Of a DNA stretch of 32,940 nucleotides, positions 1-10,499 are shown piece by piece. This DNA comes from a bacterium (GTDB lineage: Bacteria; UBP18; UBA7526): contig JAUWYL010000014.1 in assembly GCA_030615855.1 (NCBI GenBank), positions 1 through 32,940 of the forward strand, given 5' to 3'. The notes beneath the pieces are model-generated. The model was not told where the DNA came from, ran no database searches, and was given only the letters and a program-made list of their open reading frames with translations. Every line of letters starts with the position of its first letter. Within the stretch, counting starts at the first letter, position 1. The position numbers and the translations under genes were made by a program.

Positions 1-3000
1 GTCCAGACTCAAATCTTTCCCGCAGTCAACGTAATCGTCAACCCCGTCAAAGCTCAAGGCAGTGTCGATCCTTCCCGCTGCTCCATAAGTGGCCCCATAA
101 TTTATTCCGTGATTACCCTGAACTGAAGAGTCCTCTATGTCGTACCCGCCTGGTGCTCCTCCGCCAGCGGTCTCGTCCAGGTGCATCCAGAGCACGCGGC
201 CTACCGGTGATTGCATGGTATCGAGGATAATGGTATCGCTGGATGCTTCTGACCAATTACCAGCCACATCCTTGAACTTGACATAGACTGTTCTCTCTCC
301 GTCATCTCCAGAGACTAAAATCCAGGACTTAGAAGTAGAGTAAGCTTCAGCTTCGCTGTAGCTAACCCCATCGTTAGAGAACTTCATCTGACTGACCCCA
401 CTTCCACTATCATTAGCTGAAAGGGTTAAAGTAACTGAAGTGGAGTTAGTGGTAATATTTCCACTATTGATGGAGATAGTCCCGGTAGGTGGCAGGGTGT
501 CTAAGGTGATGGAGTCACTTAGGATATTACTCTCATTAAGGGGTGCATCCCTCACTTTACAATAAACGGTCTTTGCTCCATCTCCGCTTGATAGACTAAA
601 GGTGGTGGGGTCTTCATAGGGAACCCAACTACCGACAATGAAGTTTGGATCCTCAGAGAGAATCATCTCTGTTGGTTCCCCAGAGGCAACCAAATCAACG
701 TCTATTGTCTGGCTATTGGTATAGGTTGTGGATCCACTATCTTGATCAGAGAGGGTAATGCTTGTTAGCTCTGGGGAAACAGTATCTATCCTGATCTGAT
801 AGTGGTCTGGATCGCCCCAGTTGCCTGCTCCATCTTGAGCCCTAACATGGAAGCACCAGATGCCATCTACCACATCAATATATGATGCGTTATTTCCAGT
901 GGTATCGATGACCGTATCGGGAACAGTTTCTGCAATCTGATCTAAAATGTAACTATAGCCAGCGATTCCCGAAGAATCTTGGGGAGTAGTCCAATCAAAC
1001 AATAGATCGTTGTTAGAATACCAAATATTCTCATTGGGATGAGTGGATGATGAGATGACCGGGGCTGGTGGAGGAGTAGTATCAAGGGTGAAAGACCAAG
1101 TAGCTGACCAGTCTCCATCTGTAGTTCCATCATTGGCAGAGACTCTCCAGTACCAGGTATCGTCTGCCAAGGGATCTCCAGCTGGTATGCTCTTCGAAGT
1201 CTTATCTGTCTCTTCTGCAATGTTAGAATACGTCCGTTTGCTTGGGGTATTAAAATTATCTGAGGTATCAACTTCTAAGGTATATGTCAAAGTGTCATTA
1301 TCTGGATCAGTAGTGTTATTCCAGGTAAGAGTCGGGGTATTATCCTTTGTCAATGTCCCATCTGCTGGAGAGTCTAAATTCGGCGCAGATGGTGCGCTAT
1401 TCAATATAGTCACTGAAGGAGAGGTCTTTAGTACACCGAAGTCTGTTCCATCACATGGCTTCACTGTGAAGTGCCATTTCTCTCCCTTTGCCGTGGCGAT
1501 TGAGGGGATAGTCAGTTGGTCATTGTAATTCGGTTGTAAAACATTGTCTTTATACCATCTGATCTCTGATCCACTCTCTGGATCATCGTCCGCATCATAG
1601 TAATCATAGCTTCCCACTAAATTGTGAGTAGTCTTGGGACTTTCTGGCGAGATACTTAGGTTACTTGCTATTGGTGGAATATTTGTGGTGTAGCTTATTG
1701 TGACCTCGCTTAGGATGGGAGTGTTTTGATTATTGGTTGTTTCAAGTATCGCTTCATATTGAATCCATCTATTAGAAGGGCTGATTATTACTGAGCCACT
1801 CGTTGTATAGTAATCACTCCACGCGCTCCAGGAAGAACCATCTGGAGATGTCCTTGTCCTAAACTTAATACTTGTTCCTTGAGTAGAAGTGTCAGCAGTC
1901 CAACTTATGGTACCCCAATCAGCAGGAGAGCCAGCATCATAGGCTGAAGAAGTAAGGGTGCCTGTGTTTCCTACTACTCTACCAGTATAGTATCTGACAT
2001 AATCCCATTTAATTTTTGTTATGTTGGTTGTCCAAAAAAGTATGCTAAACCTTACATAATTAGTCGTATAGTCAGAAGCAGTTCCTGTCCATTTTAATAA
2101 ACCATCAACATAAATTTTGTAAATTTCGTTTTTTAGTGTTAAACGATAAATATGAAAATTCCCATCATCTATACCATCTGTTCCAAAATTAAAAGATGCC
2201 CTTTTTGTTCCATCAGATATTGTAAATCCTACACTACCATCAGGATCAAAATTAAGGACTTTTAGTCTTACTTCCACTGTATTCCCGACAGAATTTTGAC
2301 TTAGAACATTGCTTCGACTATACATAACGTGCCCATATTGGGCACCAAATTGATCAACTGATAGTATTCCATCAGAAATATATATATTTGGAGCACCCGA
2401 ATTAAAAAAGCAGTCTTTATTCCACACAGGACTACTATTTTCTGGCAAAGCGTCAGCAGTATAATTAACTGTCCAATTTGAGCCTTCAAATAATTTTGAT
2501 TTTAGTTTTACATCTCCTGGACTGCTGATAGTATCTACATTTCCATTGTCAGATTTATACATTGTTGGGTCATCCCAGACATCTTGACCAGGACCGCCCG
2601 ACCAATCAGTTTGAGTCCAGTCATCTATACTAATGCCTACTGGACCCGAGGTCTTAAGTTCACCAAAGTATATTCCATCCTTTGGCTTTACTGTGAAGTG
2701 CCATTTCTCCCCCTTTGTCGTGGCGCTTGAGGCAAGGGTTACCGGGCTATGGGCATCATTATTATCGTAGTCTGGCTGATGAACACCATTTTTATACCAC
2801 TTGACCTCTGTTCCGCTTTCTGGATCTTCATCGAGATCAGAGTAGGTATAATTTCCCACTAAATCGTCAGTAGTCTTGGGGCTTTCTGGAGAGATAGATA
2901 GATTGCTTGCTACTGGTTTATGGTTAAGAGTGGTGAACTCTTTATCACTTCCATAGGTAGTTCCTCCGACATTGGAGGCATAGGCCCGAAAATGATAGGT

Positions 3001-4758
3001 AGTGCGGGCAGTAAGTCCAAAGATTCTCTGGTGGAAGGTTCCAGTAGTTGATTTATTAACCTTGCTGGTTTTGGATCCATAAGAAGTTGTTTTCCCATAC
3101 TCAAACCATACCTTACAGGCAGTGGGATAACCAAGATCGGTCAGATCACCATTCAGGATAGCACTATTTGCTTCAATATTGGTAGCGTCTTGAGTAGTCA
3201 CTGTTGGTGAAAAAAGAAGCATCCTTAAAAATGGATAGCTTACCCCTTCGTCAATGTTCCAAATAGTATCAAAGTCCCACCCAGCGTCTGTAAAGGTAGT
3301 TTTCACTTTCATCTCTGCTGTTGTTTTTCCTATTCCACAAGCACTTGAGGTTTGTCCTGAAGTTTGTTTATCCCAAAAACAGTTATTACAAGTGCCACCA
3401 CTATTAACACCAAGAAAACCTTTACCATTCACACTTCCTGTAGAATAACAATTAGTTATATCGCCTCTACTCCAGCCAACTAAACCACCAACTTCATAAT
3501 CTACAGCATTTACACTTCCCGTAGAATAACAATTAGTTATACTACCTTTACCATTACAACCGACTAGACCACCAACAGTAGCCCTTCCACTTACACTCCC
3601 TATGGAATAATAACAACTAGTTATATCACCTATATTACTACCAACTAAACCACCAATCGCAATATCGCTTCCATTTACACTTCCTGTAGAATAACAATTA
3701 GTTATAGGAGCAGTAGAACTATCATCAGCACTATTGCGACCATTATAACCGACTAAACCACCAACTTGGCTAATGCCACCCACATTACCTGTAGAATAAG
3801 AATTAGTTATAGGAGTGCGAAAAGTAGCACCAACCAAACCACCGATAAAAGTACCAACAGCACTTACATCTCCTGTGAAATAACAATTAGTTACACGGCT
3901 TTGGCCAGTATAACCAATCAAACCCCCGACATTATAACTGCCGTTCACACTTGCTGTAGAATAAGAGTTAGTTACAGTGCCTCCTTGCTGCTCACCAATC
4001 AAACCACCGACGTCTTGTCTACCATTCACACTTCCTGTAGAATAAGAGTTATTTATCATAGCACCTACACTATAACCAACCAAACTACCAGTATTGTGTC
4101 GACCCCCAGTTATATCGACATTTATCAAACCAACATCTTTGATTGTGCCACCTACAATATGACTAAATAAACCAACATTATTAAGAGAACTTCTATTTAT
4201 AAATAAATTAGTTAGTGTATGTCCATTTCCGTTAAAGCGACCTCTAAATTTATCAGCTGCAGTTCCAATAGGAATAAATCCTTTTCCATCGTTCCAATTT
4301 TTAGTATCGGAAGCATCAATATCATTACCTAACTCATACCAAGCAGTTAAATCATCCCTCACGTTTTGAAGGTCAGTTGCATTTTCAATTATATATGGGT
4401 CTTGTTCTGTTCCTGAACCTGTCATTGCAGCCACGGATGCGGACGCGAAAGTAACCAAGGTGAAGAAGGCAGTCGCGGACGCTAGTACGAGTATCAGACA
4501 TAGCGTGAGCGAGCCAACCTTTCTTCCGAAGAAACGTTGACGAAAGAAACCAGACTTTTTGACATTTTCGTGAACCTTTCTCAAAGGTTCTTTTGATGGA
4601 ACTGTTTCTAAAAGCTCCTTATTGCTCTTCCCAGACGTTTCTGATAATCCCTCCCGGCTCTCAGGTCCTCTCCAATGCCTTCTGAAGAAGGTGAAAAATC
4701 CCGTTCCCATCATCCCTTTCCAGAATTCAAGACCTACTTGTTTTTTACTTTTAATCAT
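1..4758 (-). CDS. Very large secreted/surface protein (>1586 aa, 3' end outside window): GLUG-motif repeats, FN3/Ig-like modules, duplicated ~80-aa module, LamG-like jellyroll starting at the window edge
   Basis: Not in the ORF track, consistent with no stop inside the window. Both ends were translated by hand in the same frame. ATG at 4758 follows GGAGG: MIKSKKQ...LTLCLILVLASATAFFTLVTFASASVAAMTGSGTEQDPYIIENATDLQNV...GFIPIG...F.G.FNGNGHT, then repeated 'GGLVG...ITNCYSTGSV' GLUG units. Positions 60->1 read ALSFDGVDDYVDCGKDLSLD (LamG-like). The track lists no terminated ORF in this frame. Confidence 0.85.
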   Translation of the reverse strand, partial: MIKSKKQVGLEFWKGMMGTGFFTFFRRHWRGPESREGLSETSGKSNKELLETVPSKEPLRKVHENVKKSGFFRQRFFGRKVGSLTLCLILVLASATAFFTLVTFASASVAAMTGSGTEQDPYIIENATDLQNVRDDLTAWYELGNDIDASDTKNWNDGKGFIPIGTAADKFRGRFNGNGHTLTNLFINRSSLNNVGLFSHIVGGTIKDVGLINVDITGGRHNTGSLVGYSVGAMINNSYSTGSVNGRQDVGGLIGEQQGGTVTNSYSTASVNGSYNVGGLIGYTGQSRVTNCYFTGDVSAVGTFIGGLVGATFRTPITNSYSTGNVGGISQVGGLVGYNGRNSADDSSTAPITNCYSTGSVNGSDIAIGGLVGSNIGDITSCYYSIGSVSGRATVGGLVGCNGKGSITNCYSTGSVNAVDYEVGGLVGWSRGDITNCYSTGSVNGKGFLGVNSGGTCNNCFWDKQTSGQTSSACGIGKTTAEMKVKTTFTDAGWDFDTIWNIDEGVSYPFLRMLLFSPTVTTQDATNIEANSAILNGDLTDLGYPTACKVWFEYGKTTSYGSKTSKVNKSTTGTFHQRIFGLTARTTYHFRAYASNVGGTTYGSDKEFTTLNHKPVASNLSISPESPKTTDDLVGNYTYSDLDEDPESGTEVKWYKNGVHQPDYDNNDAHSPVTLASSATTKGEKWHFTVKPKDGIYFGELKTSGPVGISIDDWTQTDWSGGPGQDVWDDPTMYKSDNGNVDTISSPGDVKLKSKLFEGSNWTVNYTADALPENSSPVWNKDCFFNSGAPNIYISDGILSVDQFGAQYGHVMYSRSNVLSQNSVGNTVEVRLKVLNFDPDGSVGFTISDGTKRASFNFGTDGIDDGNFHIYRLTLKNEIYKIYVDGLLKWTGTASDYTTNYVRFSILFWTTNITKIKWDYVRYYTGRVVGNTGTLTSSAYDAGSPADWGTISWTADTSTQGTSIKFRTRTSPDGSSWSAWSDYYTTSGSVIISPSNRWIQYEAILETTNNQNTPILSEVTISYTTNIPPIASNLSISPESPKTTHNLVGSYDYYDADDDPESGSEIRWYKDNVLQPNYNDQLTIPSIATAKGEKWHFTVKPCDGTDFGVLKTSPSVTILNSAPSAPNLDSPADGTLTKDNTPTLTWNNTTDPDNDTLTYTLEVDTSDNFNTPSKRTYSNIAEETDKTSKSIPAGDPLADDTWYWRVSANDGTTDGDWSATWSFTLDTTPPPAPVISSSTHPNENIWYSNNDLLFDWTTPQDSSGIAGYSYILDQIAETVPDTVIDTTGNNASYIDVVDGIWCFHVRAQDGAGNWGDPDHYQIRIDTVSPELTSITLSDQDSGSTTYTNSQTIDVDLVASGEPTEMILSEDPNFIVGSWVPYEDPTTFSLSSGDGAKTVYCKVRDAPLNESNILSDSITLDTLPPTGTISINSGNITTNSTSVTLTLSANDSGSGVSQMKFSNDGVSYSEAEAYSTSKSWILVSGDDGERTVYVKFKDVAGNWSEASSDTIILDTMQSPVGRVLWMHLDETAGGGAPGGYDIEDSSVQGNHGINYGATYGAAGRIDTALSFDGVDDYVDCGKDLSLD
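3330..4110 (-). repeat. Coding GLUG-motif repeats (~8 units of about 80-105 bp)
   Basis: Recurrent ACACTTCCTGTAGAATAACAATTAGTTAT-like segment near 3432, 3512, 3592, 3677, 3782, 3865, 3947 and 4028, encoding (I/V)TN(C/S)YSTGSV. Confidence 0.8.
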
Positions 4759-4958
4759 TTCTTGTCCTCCTTCTGACCTAACCACGGTTAAATATAAAGT
4801 TAGCTACTTTTTTCATCTTCTTATCTTTTCTTACCCTTCTCTTCTAACTAAATTTTTATGCAGATTGGTACAGATTTTAATTCTAAATTTTAAATGCTTA
4901 GTATAAATTATTTTCATGTTTTATTCGTGAGTCGTGGCACGTCGCTCGTTACTCTCTG

Positions 4959-7900
4959 TCATTCCCAGATGGGGTATTTGTGGGGAGGTCTTGTTTTTCT
5001 TTTAGCCAGCCAGAGGATAGGCTTTAACCCTGCTCTTATTATGGGCTTCAAGGCTTTCTTTTTCTCAATGAATTTGGATATTGAGGAACTATGGTGATAG
5101 TAAAAACGGACGAAGGCTCTACCCGTCTTATTGGTGAGCAAGCATTCATCCCGGAAGTTGCGGAATACTTCTACCTCCTCTGCCATAGAGGTGCCATAGG
5201 CAACAGAGGCGATGGGGCAGGTATGGCCATGAGTATGACCATCCTCACCAGGAGGAAACTTCAATCCTAATGCCGGATCGCCGAGCAAGCCGAAGGTATC
5301 AGCAACGTCTTCATAGCCATTGGCCAGTGCCGACATCTTGGCTTGGGAGATGGCCTTTCCAATAATGTTAGTGGTGCCTCCAAAGAAGGCCTGGAATAGT
5401 CCCTCATTGAGTATTTTCTGTCCAGAGCAAGGGGTTATCCCCGTTGATGAGAAAGTAGCAATGGCTCCTATTCCTTTTTCTTCATCATCCTTTGCTCTTA
5501 ATAATTCTTCAGCCAGACATTCATAACCTGCATAATAGGCGAAGTAGCCATCCTCGCAAGTCATATTAATAAAGAAGGGAAGTTTCTCCTCATTGTTAAG
5601 AGAGGAAATATCTGAGGAGTGGAAGATAGTTTCATCTGCCCATAGATTCCAGGCACCATGGCCTACATAGTTAACGATTAAAACACCGCTTTTGATGGTA
5701 TCGATGATTGCCTGTCTGCAAGCGCTTTGGCCCAGTTCACTGAGATATGCTTTGTAAAGCTGGTAGTCAGACGAGGGGTAGTTTCTGACACTATCGTTAG
5801 TTGTCTCAAATATTAATTCACCTATCCTTTTGGCATCATCAGCAACATAGAGGATATTTCTCTCCCAGGTATCAGTATAGGCTGCATTTTCATAATCCAC
5901 TATTTTATTAACAATAACCCCCAATTTATCATCAGTAGTCTTTACTGGCAGGCGACCGATATAGATATCGGGCACGATATCCTCATCGTTCACTACCCCA
6001 TCGTCATTGTCATCATTGACACAGACGAACCAGTTCTCATTGATCGTCTCCCCCATATATTCTGTCTCTGAGAGGTAGACAGGCAAATAATTATGATGTT
6101 GCTCTTCTCCCCTATTGTTCTTGTAATCGTAGGTAGCATCTCCTACTAAGAGGACATAGGTTGGCTTGGGTGCCGTCCAGTTATCATAGGCATAGATCAA
6201 GAAGTACTTTATTGCCTGGGGAGAGACAATGCCGTAATTGAACTCATCATAGATGTCGCTTACCTTTACTACCTTGACCCTCAGACCCTGGGACTCCCGG
6301 TGATTCTTGAGTTTTATGATGGGATTATCGGGGTCATTCTCATTGTAGAAGTCATCGTAGGTGATGATGATATAGTCTGCCCTATTATTTGGAGAACGGA
6401 TACCAGAGTCTTCGTATTTCTCAATGGCTGAGGCTGGAAGGGTAAGCGGCTCCTGTGCCAGATACTCAGTAGTTGCCAAGATATTATCTTTGAAGCTTAA
6501 GGTGCCATCCGTAATATCAAAGTTATTGATCTTTTGATCGTTTGTAATGTCAAAGACCTCTATATCATTATTGGTGAAGTTAGTGTTGAAGTCTGAGATC
6601 TCGAAGAGGTGGTCGCCAGCATCCTGGTTGAAACTCAGGGAATTGTTACTTGCTTTGAAGTCGCGCCAGTAGTCAATCTCAAACCAGTTGGCATAGACCT
6701 CGTCATTCTCCACCCCGGGATCAAGGATGACCTGAACGGTAATGGTATTAATCCCGTCCTGGAGTTGGAGATCGGATTGGGGTATAGACTTATCAATACT
6801 ACGCTCTCCTACCCCTGACCAGGTGGTATCCTCAACTACATTATTATTAATCTTAAGTATGGTATGGTGGGTAACATCAAAGAAACTGTAGAGGGCAGCT
6901 TTTATTTGAGCATTACCACTTGGTGAATGAAGGGGATCGGTCAAGGTAATGGTATAATCTCCTGGCGAGTCTTTGGCAGCGGTTTGGGAGAAGAACCACC
7001 TGTCGACACTCGCTGCACCCGTAACGGCATAGGAGTATGTTTGATCCCGTTCATAATGCTCTGTTGAAAGGAAGGAATTTGGAGTAGTACCAGAATCTGG
7101 AGTACCATCCTTGGTAGTCATACGCAGGCCATCATTCGTGCCGCCGCTGTCCAGCCAGTAGACGTTGGTAGAGGTATATTTTGTGGGTTCGATCTTTCCA
7201 TAGAACTCGATATAGTCATCAGAGTGGAAGGTCCCATCACTCTCTCCTTTTACATAGATGCGGATCTGATTGCCTTGACTGTCATAGATCTTGAAGGTCC
7301 TGGGATCAAGAGAATCTAGTTCAAGATCGGTATTCGCCTGTAGATAATCATAGGTCAACTTATAGATTCCTTCCTGGACTCCCTGGTAAAGGCCGCTTTC
7401 GCTGTAGGCATAGTCAAGGGATAACTTATAGGTTGGGCCAGTAAAGGCAGGAAGGGAAGAGGGACTGGGGTCTGCCCAGGCGGGAGTAGAAAATAGAGAG
7501 CGAATCGGTGAACCGGTGAACCGGTGAACCGGAGAACTGGCTAACTGGCTAACTTCACTAAAATCAAGTCTTACTCTTATCTTTTTATAGAATTTGAGTT
7601 CATTAGTTACTGGATTGAACTGGATGGGATAGAGTTTTATCTGAACGACCTTCTGCTCCCTCATATATCCTGTGAAGCCAAGTTCTGTTAAATTATCGGG
7701 ATAGAAGGCATCTGAAGTGTAGGCTATTTCATCCTTGGTAAATATCTCTTCCACATACTTAATATCCCCTGATTCCTTGGTCTCTTGAGTGGGAACGGGA
7801 TAGAGGTTATAGTCAGGCAGGATAGTAGATTCAGAGTCAAGGATGCTGATCTCAATTGAGGAGTCAGTGGGCACACCAAGTAAAACACCCTTCATGGGGA

Positions 7901-10499
7901 CCTGGGGCTTTCCTATCTCAGAAGAATGGCCGTGGATATAACCGGGAATGGAGACTCTCTGATAGGTGATCCCCTCCTCTATCTTCTCCTCTTCATCAAA
8001 TTCATCTGTGGTGAGTTCTAAGGTCACCCCGGTTTCATCAGATTCAATGATCTCTATCCCCTCTCCTTTAGCACTGGGACCTTCGGGCTCTGGGGGACGA
8101 GGAGGCGTGACTCCTTCTATATCTGGAACATAGGGATCGGTATCATTCAGGAACTCTTCATAGTTGGTGAAGCCATCATAATCCGGGTCAAGCCCTCCAT
8201 CATTTATATTAGGATTAAGACCATACCTCTCCTCCCAGCCATCTGGAATGCCATCATCATCAGAGTCTATTCCTGGAGTAGCCCAGACCGGCCCGTGCCT
8301 CTCCTTTCCACCAAAGAAGTCAACATCCTCCAACTTGTAATAATAGGTTTTTCCCGGGATGACATTTGGATCAGTATACCAATAGAGTCTGCCAACGATA
8401 GAGTATCCCAGTCCAGGGATGAGGGATGAATTCAACTTAGTATAAGGCCCATTCCTATTCTCGCTCCGATAGATATTGAAGCCCGCGTTGTTGTGCTCAC
8501 TGGCCGTCCTCCACCAGAGCCAGACCCCATCCTCATAGCCCAGAGCCTGAAAGCCTGTCAGGGTGACCAAAGTGGGGTTGCAGGGCCACCAAGCGGGAGC
8601 GGATGTACCTTCACCAAACCAGGCCGCCCCTATGTATACCTGGACGCTATTCCTTAACCTTATCTCTAAGCCTAAACTAGTTCCTGTCCCTGAATCGCCA
8701 TGATATCGGGCTAACTCAGACCACTCATTGAGAGTGGGGACCTCATAATACGCAGTATCTAGGCTGCCACCCGATTCTCTCATACCGAGACCTATATTCT
8801 CATGCTTACTATTGGTAGGTGGATCGCTCCAATCACCTGTTGCTATGGGATATACCCATATCTCCATACTGTAATTCCCCCCTGACCCTTGGCCGAGATT
8901 CACTTGTTTGAGGCCTACCGCAGTGCTGGAGTCATTGGCAGTACAGTTTGTAGAGTAATCAGTACCATAATCATCTACACAGGCCTCAGTTGAGCAGCGG
9001 GCGATATTACCCGTGGCACCTTCCCATTCCCAATAGTCGGGGGGAACTCCGGAGGTTCCTGATGACCAGTCCCTAAAGAATTCGTTCTTCAATAGATTAT
9101 CCGTGGTCGATTTCACTACTACCGTTGGAGAGCCGCTTGACAATGGTGTTAGTGTCCCTCCCGATCCCTTGCTCTTCATGGTAAATGTATATGTGCCCAC
9201 ATAGGCATCCTCGCCTGGTTCTGGACGAGCGCCAGCGGCGGGTCCTGCTTGATTCCCATACTCAACTATAAAGTAGTTGCCTGATACAAATGTTGTTAAT
9301 GGTACGGTTATTGTGTCGCCAGAGATATCCATGGTGCCGATAGTTCCGGTATTTGTTATGGTGCAGTATCCTGCGCCACTTGAATTATTCTTCTGAGGGT
9401 TTGTCCAATTACCGGGGATATCGATGGTTGACTGTCCACCCGATATGGTTGCTGTTGCGGTATAGGTGATGTTAAATGCATTGTAGTCCTGGCCGGCCAA
9501 GGTTGCCGCAACATCTGGATCAATGGTCCCAGTGCCAGATCCATCAGCAACAACGGGTCCCCAGCGGTAGAAATCTGTTTCCCCTTCTCCCCTCATGAGC
9601 CAGACATTGTTGTTATTAAAGGAGAGCCTTGAACCGCAGTAGTTACTCCCGTTGGCTAAAGTGAAGGGGAGATCGGTCAATGTCTCCCAGGAATTGCCAC
9701 TAATACTGAATCTCCAGAAACCCTTGGTTGCTCCTCCCTGAAGAGCATAGATATAATCGCTTCCGTCCCAGCATAAGGAACTTTCTTTACTAACTGCTGC
9801 TGAATCAATAGGAGCGTTCCAGGCGGAGGGAGTTCCCCAGTTGTTTCCACTTATTGAATAGCGATAAAATCCTGGGCCCTGTCCTCCCCCAGTAGCATAG
9901 ATGTAGTCTCCTCCTCCCCAGACAAGATCAGCGCCATTTCCGGCATTTACTGGCATACCAGCAAGTGTAGCCCAGGAACCTCCTTCAGATGATGCTCTAA
10001 AGTAGGTTCCAATGGTATTGTTTCCTGGGTGGGCAAAGACCATCCCACCACTATTCATGGCCATGGCTGTATTTCTCTTCAGGGCAAGGAAACTGGTTGC
10101 CGCTTCCCAGGTAGTATTCCCAATATTATAGCGGGACATCTGCTTATTGGTAGCAGCATTGGTTCCTTGTCCTCTGAGAACATAGATATTATCTCCCCCT
10201 CCCCAGCAGATTCCTGAGTTTCTATTTATGGGAGTAGCACCAGTGTAGGTGGAATCGCCCATCTGAGTCCAGGTATTATTTCCCGTATTATAGCGATAAA
10301 AGGCATTATTTGTACCACCGATCAAGACCCAGATATACTGGTTACTGTGAAACCCCACCAGTTGACCACCATTAAGCACAGCAGTGGAAACAGCGTTCAT
10401 GGAAGTCCACTGATTGGCAGCCAGAAGAGAGTCTGTAAAGAGAATAATTGGGGCTGCTATGGCTATTAAGAAAATTAAGAATTTTTGTATTTTTTTCAT
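4959..10499 (-). CDS. Secreted C25-family (gingipain-like) cysteine peptidase: N-terminal Kelch-like propeller, TSP3-like Ca-binding repeats, C25 propeptide, C25 catalytic domain, CFI-box-CTERM-like tail
   Basis: Signal peptide MKKIQKFLIFLIAIAAPIILF; 'GGGDYIYA..GG..GFYRYSISGNNW' repeats; DSDDDGIPDGWEERYGLNP; propeptide-like 'GKPQVP...PIQFNPV'; 'ADYIII...IYDEFNYG...YVLLVGDA...IGRLP'; catalytic-type VNYVGHG and NMTC; C-terminal 'LLGDPAL' then CPIASVAYG..FRD..L..YY. Confidence 0.88.
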   Translation of the reverse strand: MKKIQKFLIFLIAIAAPIILFTDSLLAANQWTSMNAVSTAVLNGGQLVGFHSNQYIWVLIGGTNNAFYRYNTGNNTWTQMGDSTYTGATPINRNSGICWGGGDNIYVLRGQGTNAATNKQMSRYNIGNTTWEAATSFLALKRNTAMAMNSGGMVFAHPGNNTIGTYFRASSEGGSWATLAGMPVNAGNGADLVWGGGDYIYATGGGQGPGFYRYSISGNNWGTPSAWNAPIDSAAVSKESSLCWDGSDYIYALQGGATKGFWRFSISGNSWETLTDLPFTLANGSNYCGSRLSFNNNNVWLMRGEGETDFYRWGPVVADGSGTGTIDPDVAATLAGQDYNAFNITYTATATISGGQSTIDIPGNWTNPQKNNSSGAGYCTITNTGTIGTMDISGDTITVPLTTFVSGNYFIVEYGNQAGPAAGARPEPGEDAYVGTYTFTMKSKGSGGTLTPLSSGSPTVVVKSTTDNLLKNEFFRDWSSGTSGVPPDYWEWEGATGNIARCSTEACVDDYGTDYSTNCTANDSSTAVGLKQVNLGQGSGGNYSMEIWVYPIATGDWSDPPTNSKHENIGLGMRESGGSLDTAYYEVPTLNEWSELARYHGDSGTGTSLGLEIRLRNSVQVYIGAAWFGEGTSAPAWWPCNPTLVTLTGFQALGYEDGVWLWWRTASEHNNAGFNIYRSENRNGPYTKLNSSLIPGLGYSIVGRLYWYTDPNVIPGKTYYYKLEDVDFFGGKERHGPVWATPGIDSDDDGIPDGWEERYGLNPNINDGGLDPDYDGFTNYEEFLNDTDPYVPDIEGVTPPRPPEPEGPSAKGEGIEIIESDETGVTLELTTDEFDEEEKIEEGITYQRVSIPGYIHGHSSEIGKPQVPMKGVLLGVPTDSSIEISILDSESTILPDYNLYPVPTQETKESGDIKYVEEIFTKDEIAYTSDAFYPDNLTELGFTGYMREQKVVQIKLYPIQFNPVTNELKFYKKIRVRLDFSEVSQLASSPVHRFTGSPIRSLFSTPAWADPSPSSLPAFTGPTYKLSLDYAYSESGLYQGVQEGIYKLTYDYLQANTDLELDSLDPRTFKIYDSQGNQIRIYVKGESDGTFHSDDYIEFYGKIEPTKYTSTNVYWLDSGGTNDGLRMTTKDGTPDSGTTPNSFLSTEHYERDQTYSYAVTGAASVDRWFFSQTAAKDSPGDYTITLTDPLHSPSGNAQIKAALYSFFDVTHHTILKINNNVVEDTTWSGVGERSIDKSIPQSDLQLQDGINTITVQVILDPGVENDEVYANWFEIDYWRDFKASNNSLSFNQDAGDHLFEISDFNTNFTNNDIEVFDITNDQKINNFDITDGTLSFKDNILATTEYLAQEPLTLPASAIEKYEDSGIRSPNNRADYIIITYDDFYNENDPDNPIIKLKNHRESQGLRVKVVKVSDIYDEFNYGIVSPQAIKYFLIYAYDNWTAPKPTYVLLVGDATYDYKNNRGEEQHHNYLPVYLSETEYMGETINENWFVCVNDDNDDGVVNDEDIVPDIYIGRLPVKTTDDKLGVIVNKIVDYENAAYTDTWERNILYVADDAKRIGELIFETTNDSVRNYPSSDYQLYKAYLSELGQSACRQAIIDTIKSGVLIVNYVGHGAWNLWADETIFHSSDISSLNNEEKLPFFINMTCEDGYFAYYAGYECLAEELLRAKDDEEKGIGAIATFSSTGITPCSGQKILNEGLFQAFFGGTTNIIGKAISQAKMSALANGYEDVADTFGLLGDPALGLKFPPGEDGHTHGHTCPIASVAYGTSMAEEVEVFRNFRDECLLTNKTGRAFVRFYYHHSSSISKFIEKKKALKPIIRAGLKPILWLAKRKTRPPHKYPIWE

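Noticed and set aside
3330-4110. Regularly spaced ~29-bp repeats resembling a CRISPR array
   Set aside because: They are in-frame GLUG protein repeats with similar intervening sequence, and no cas genes are present.
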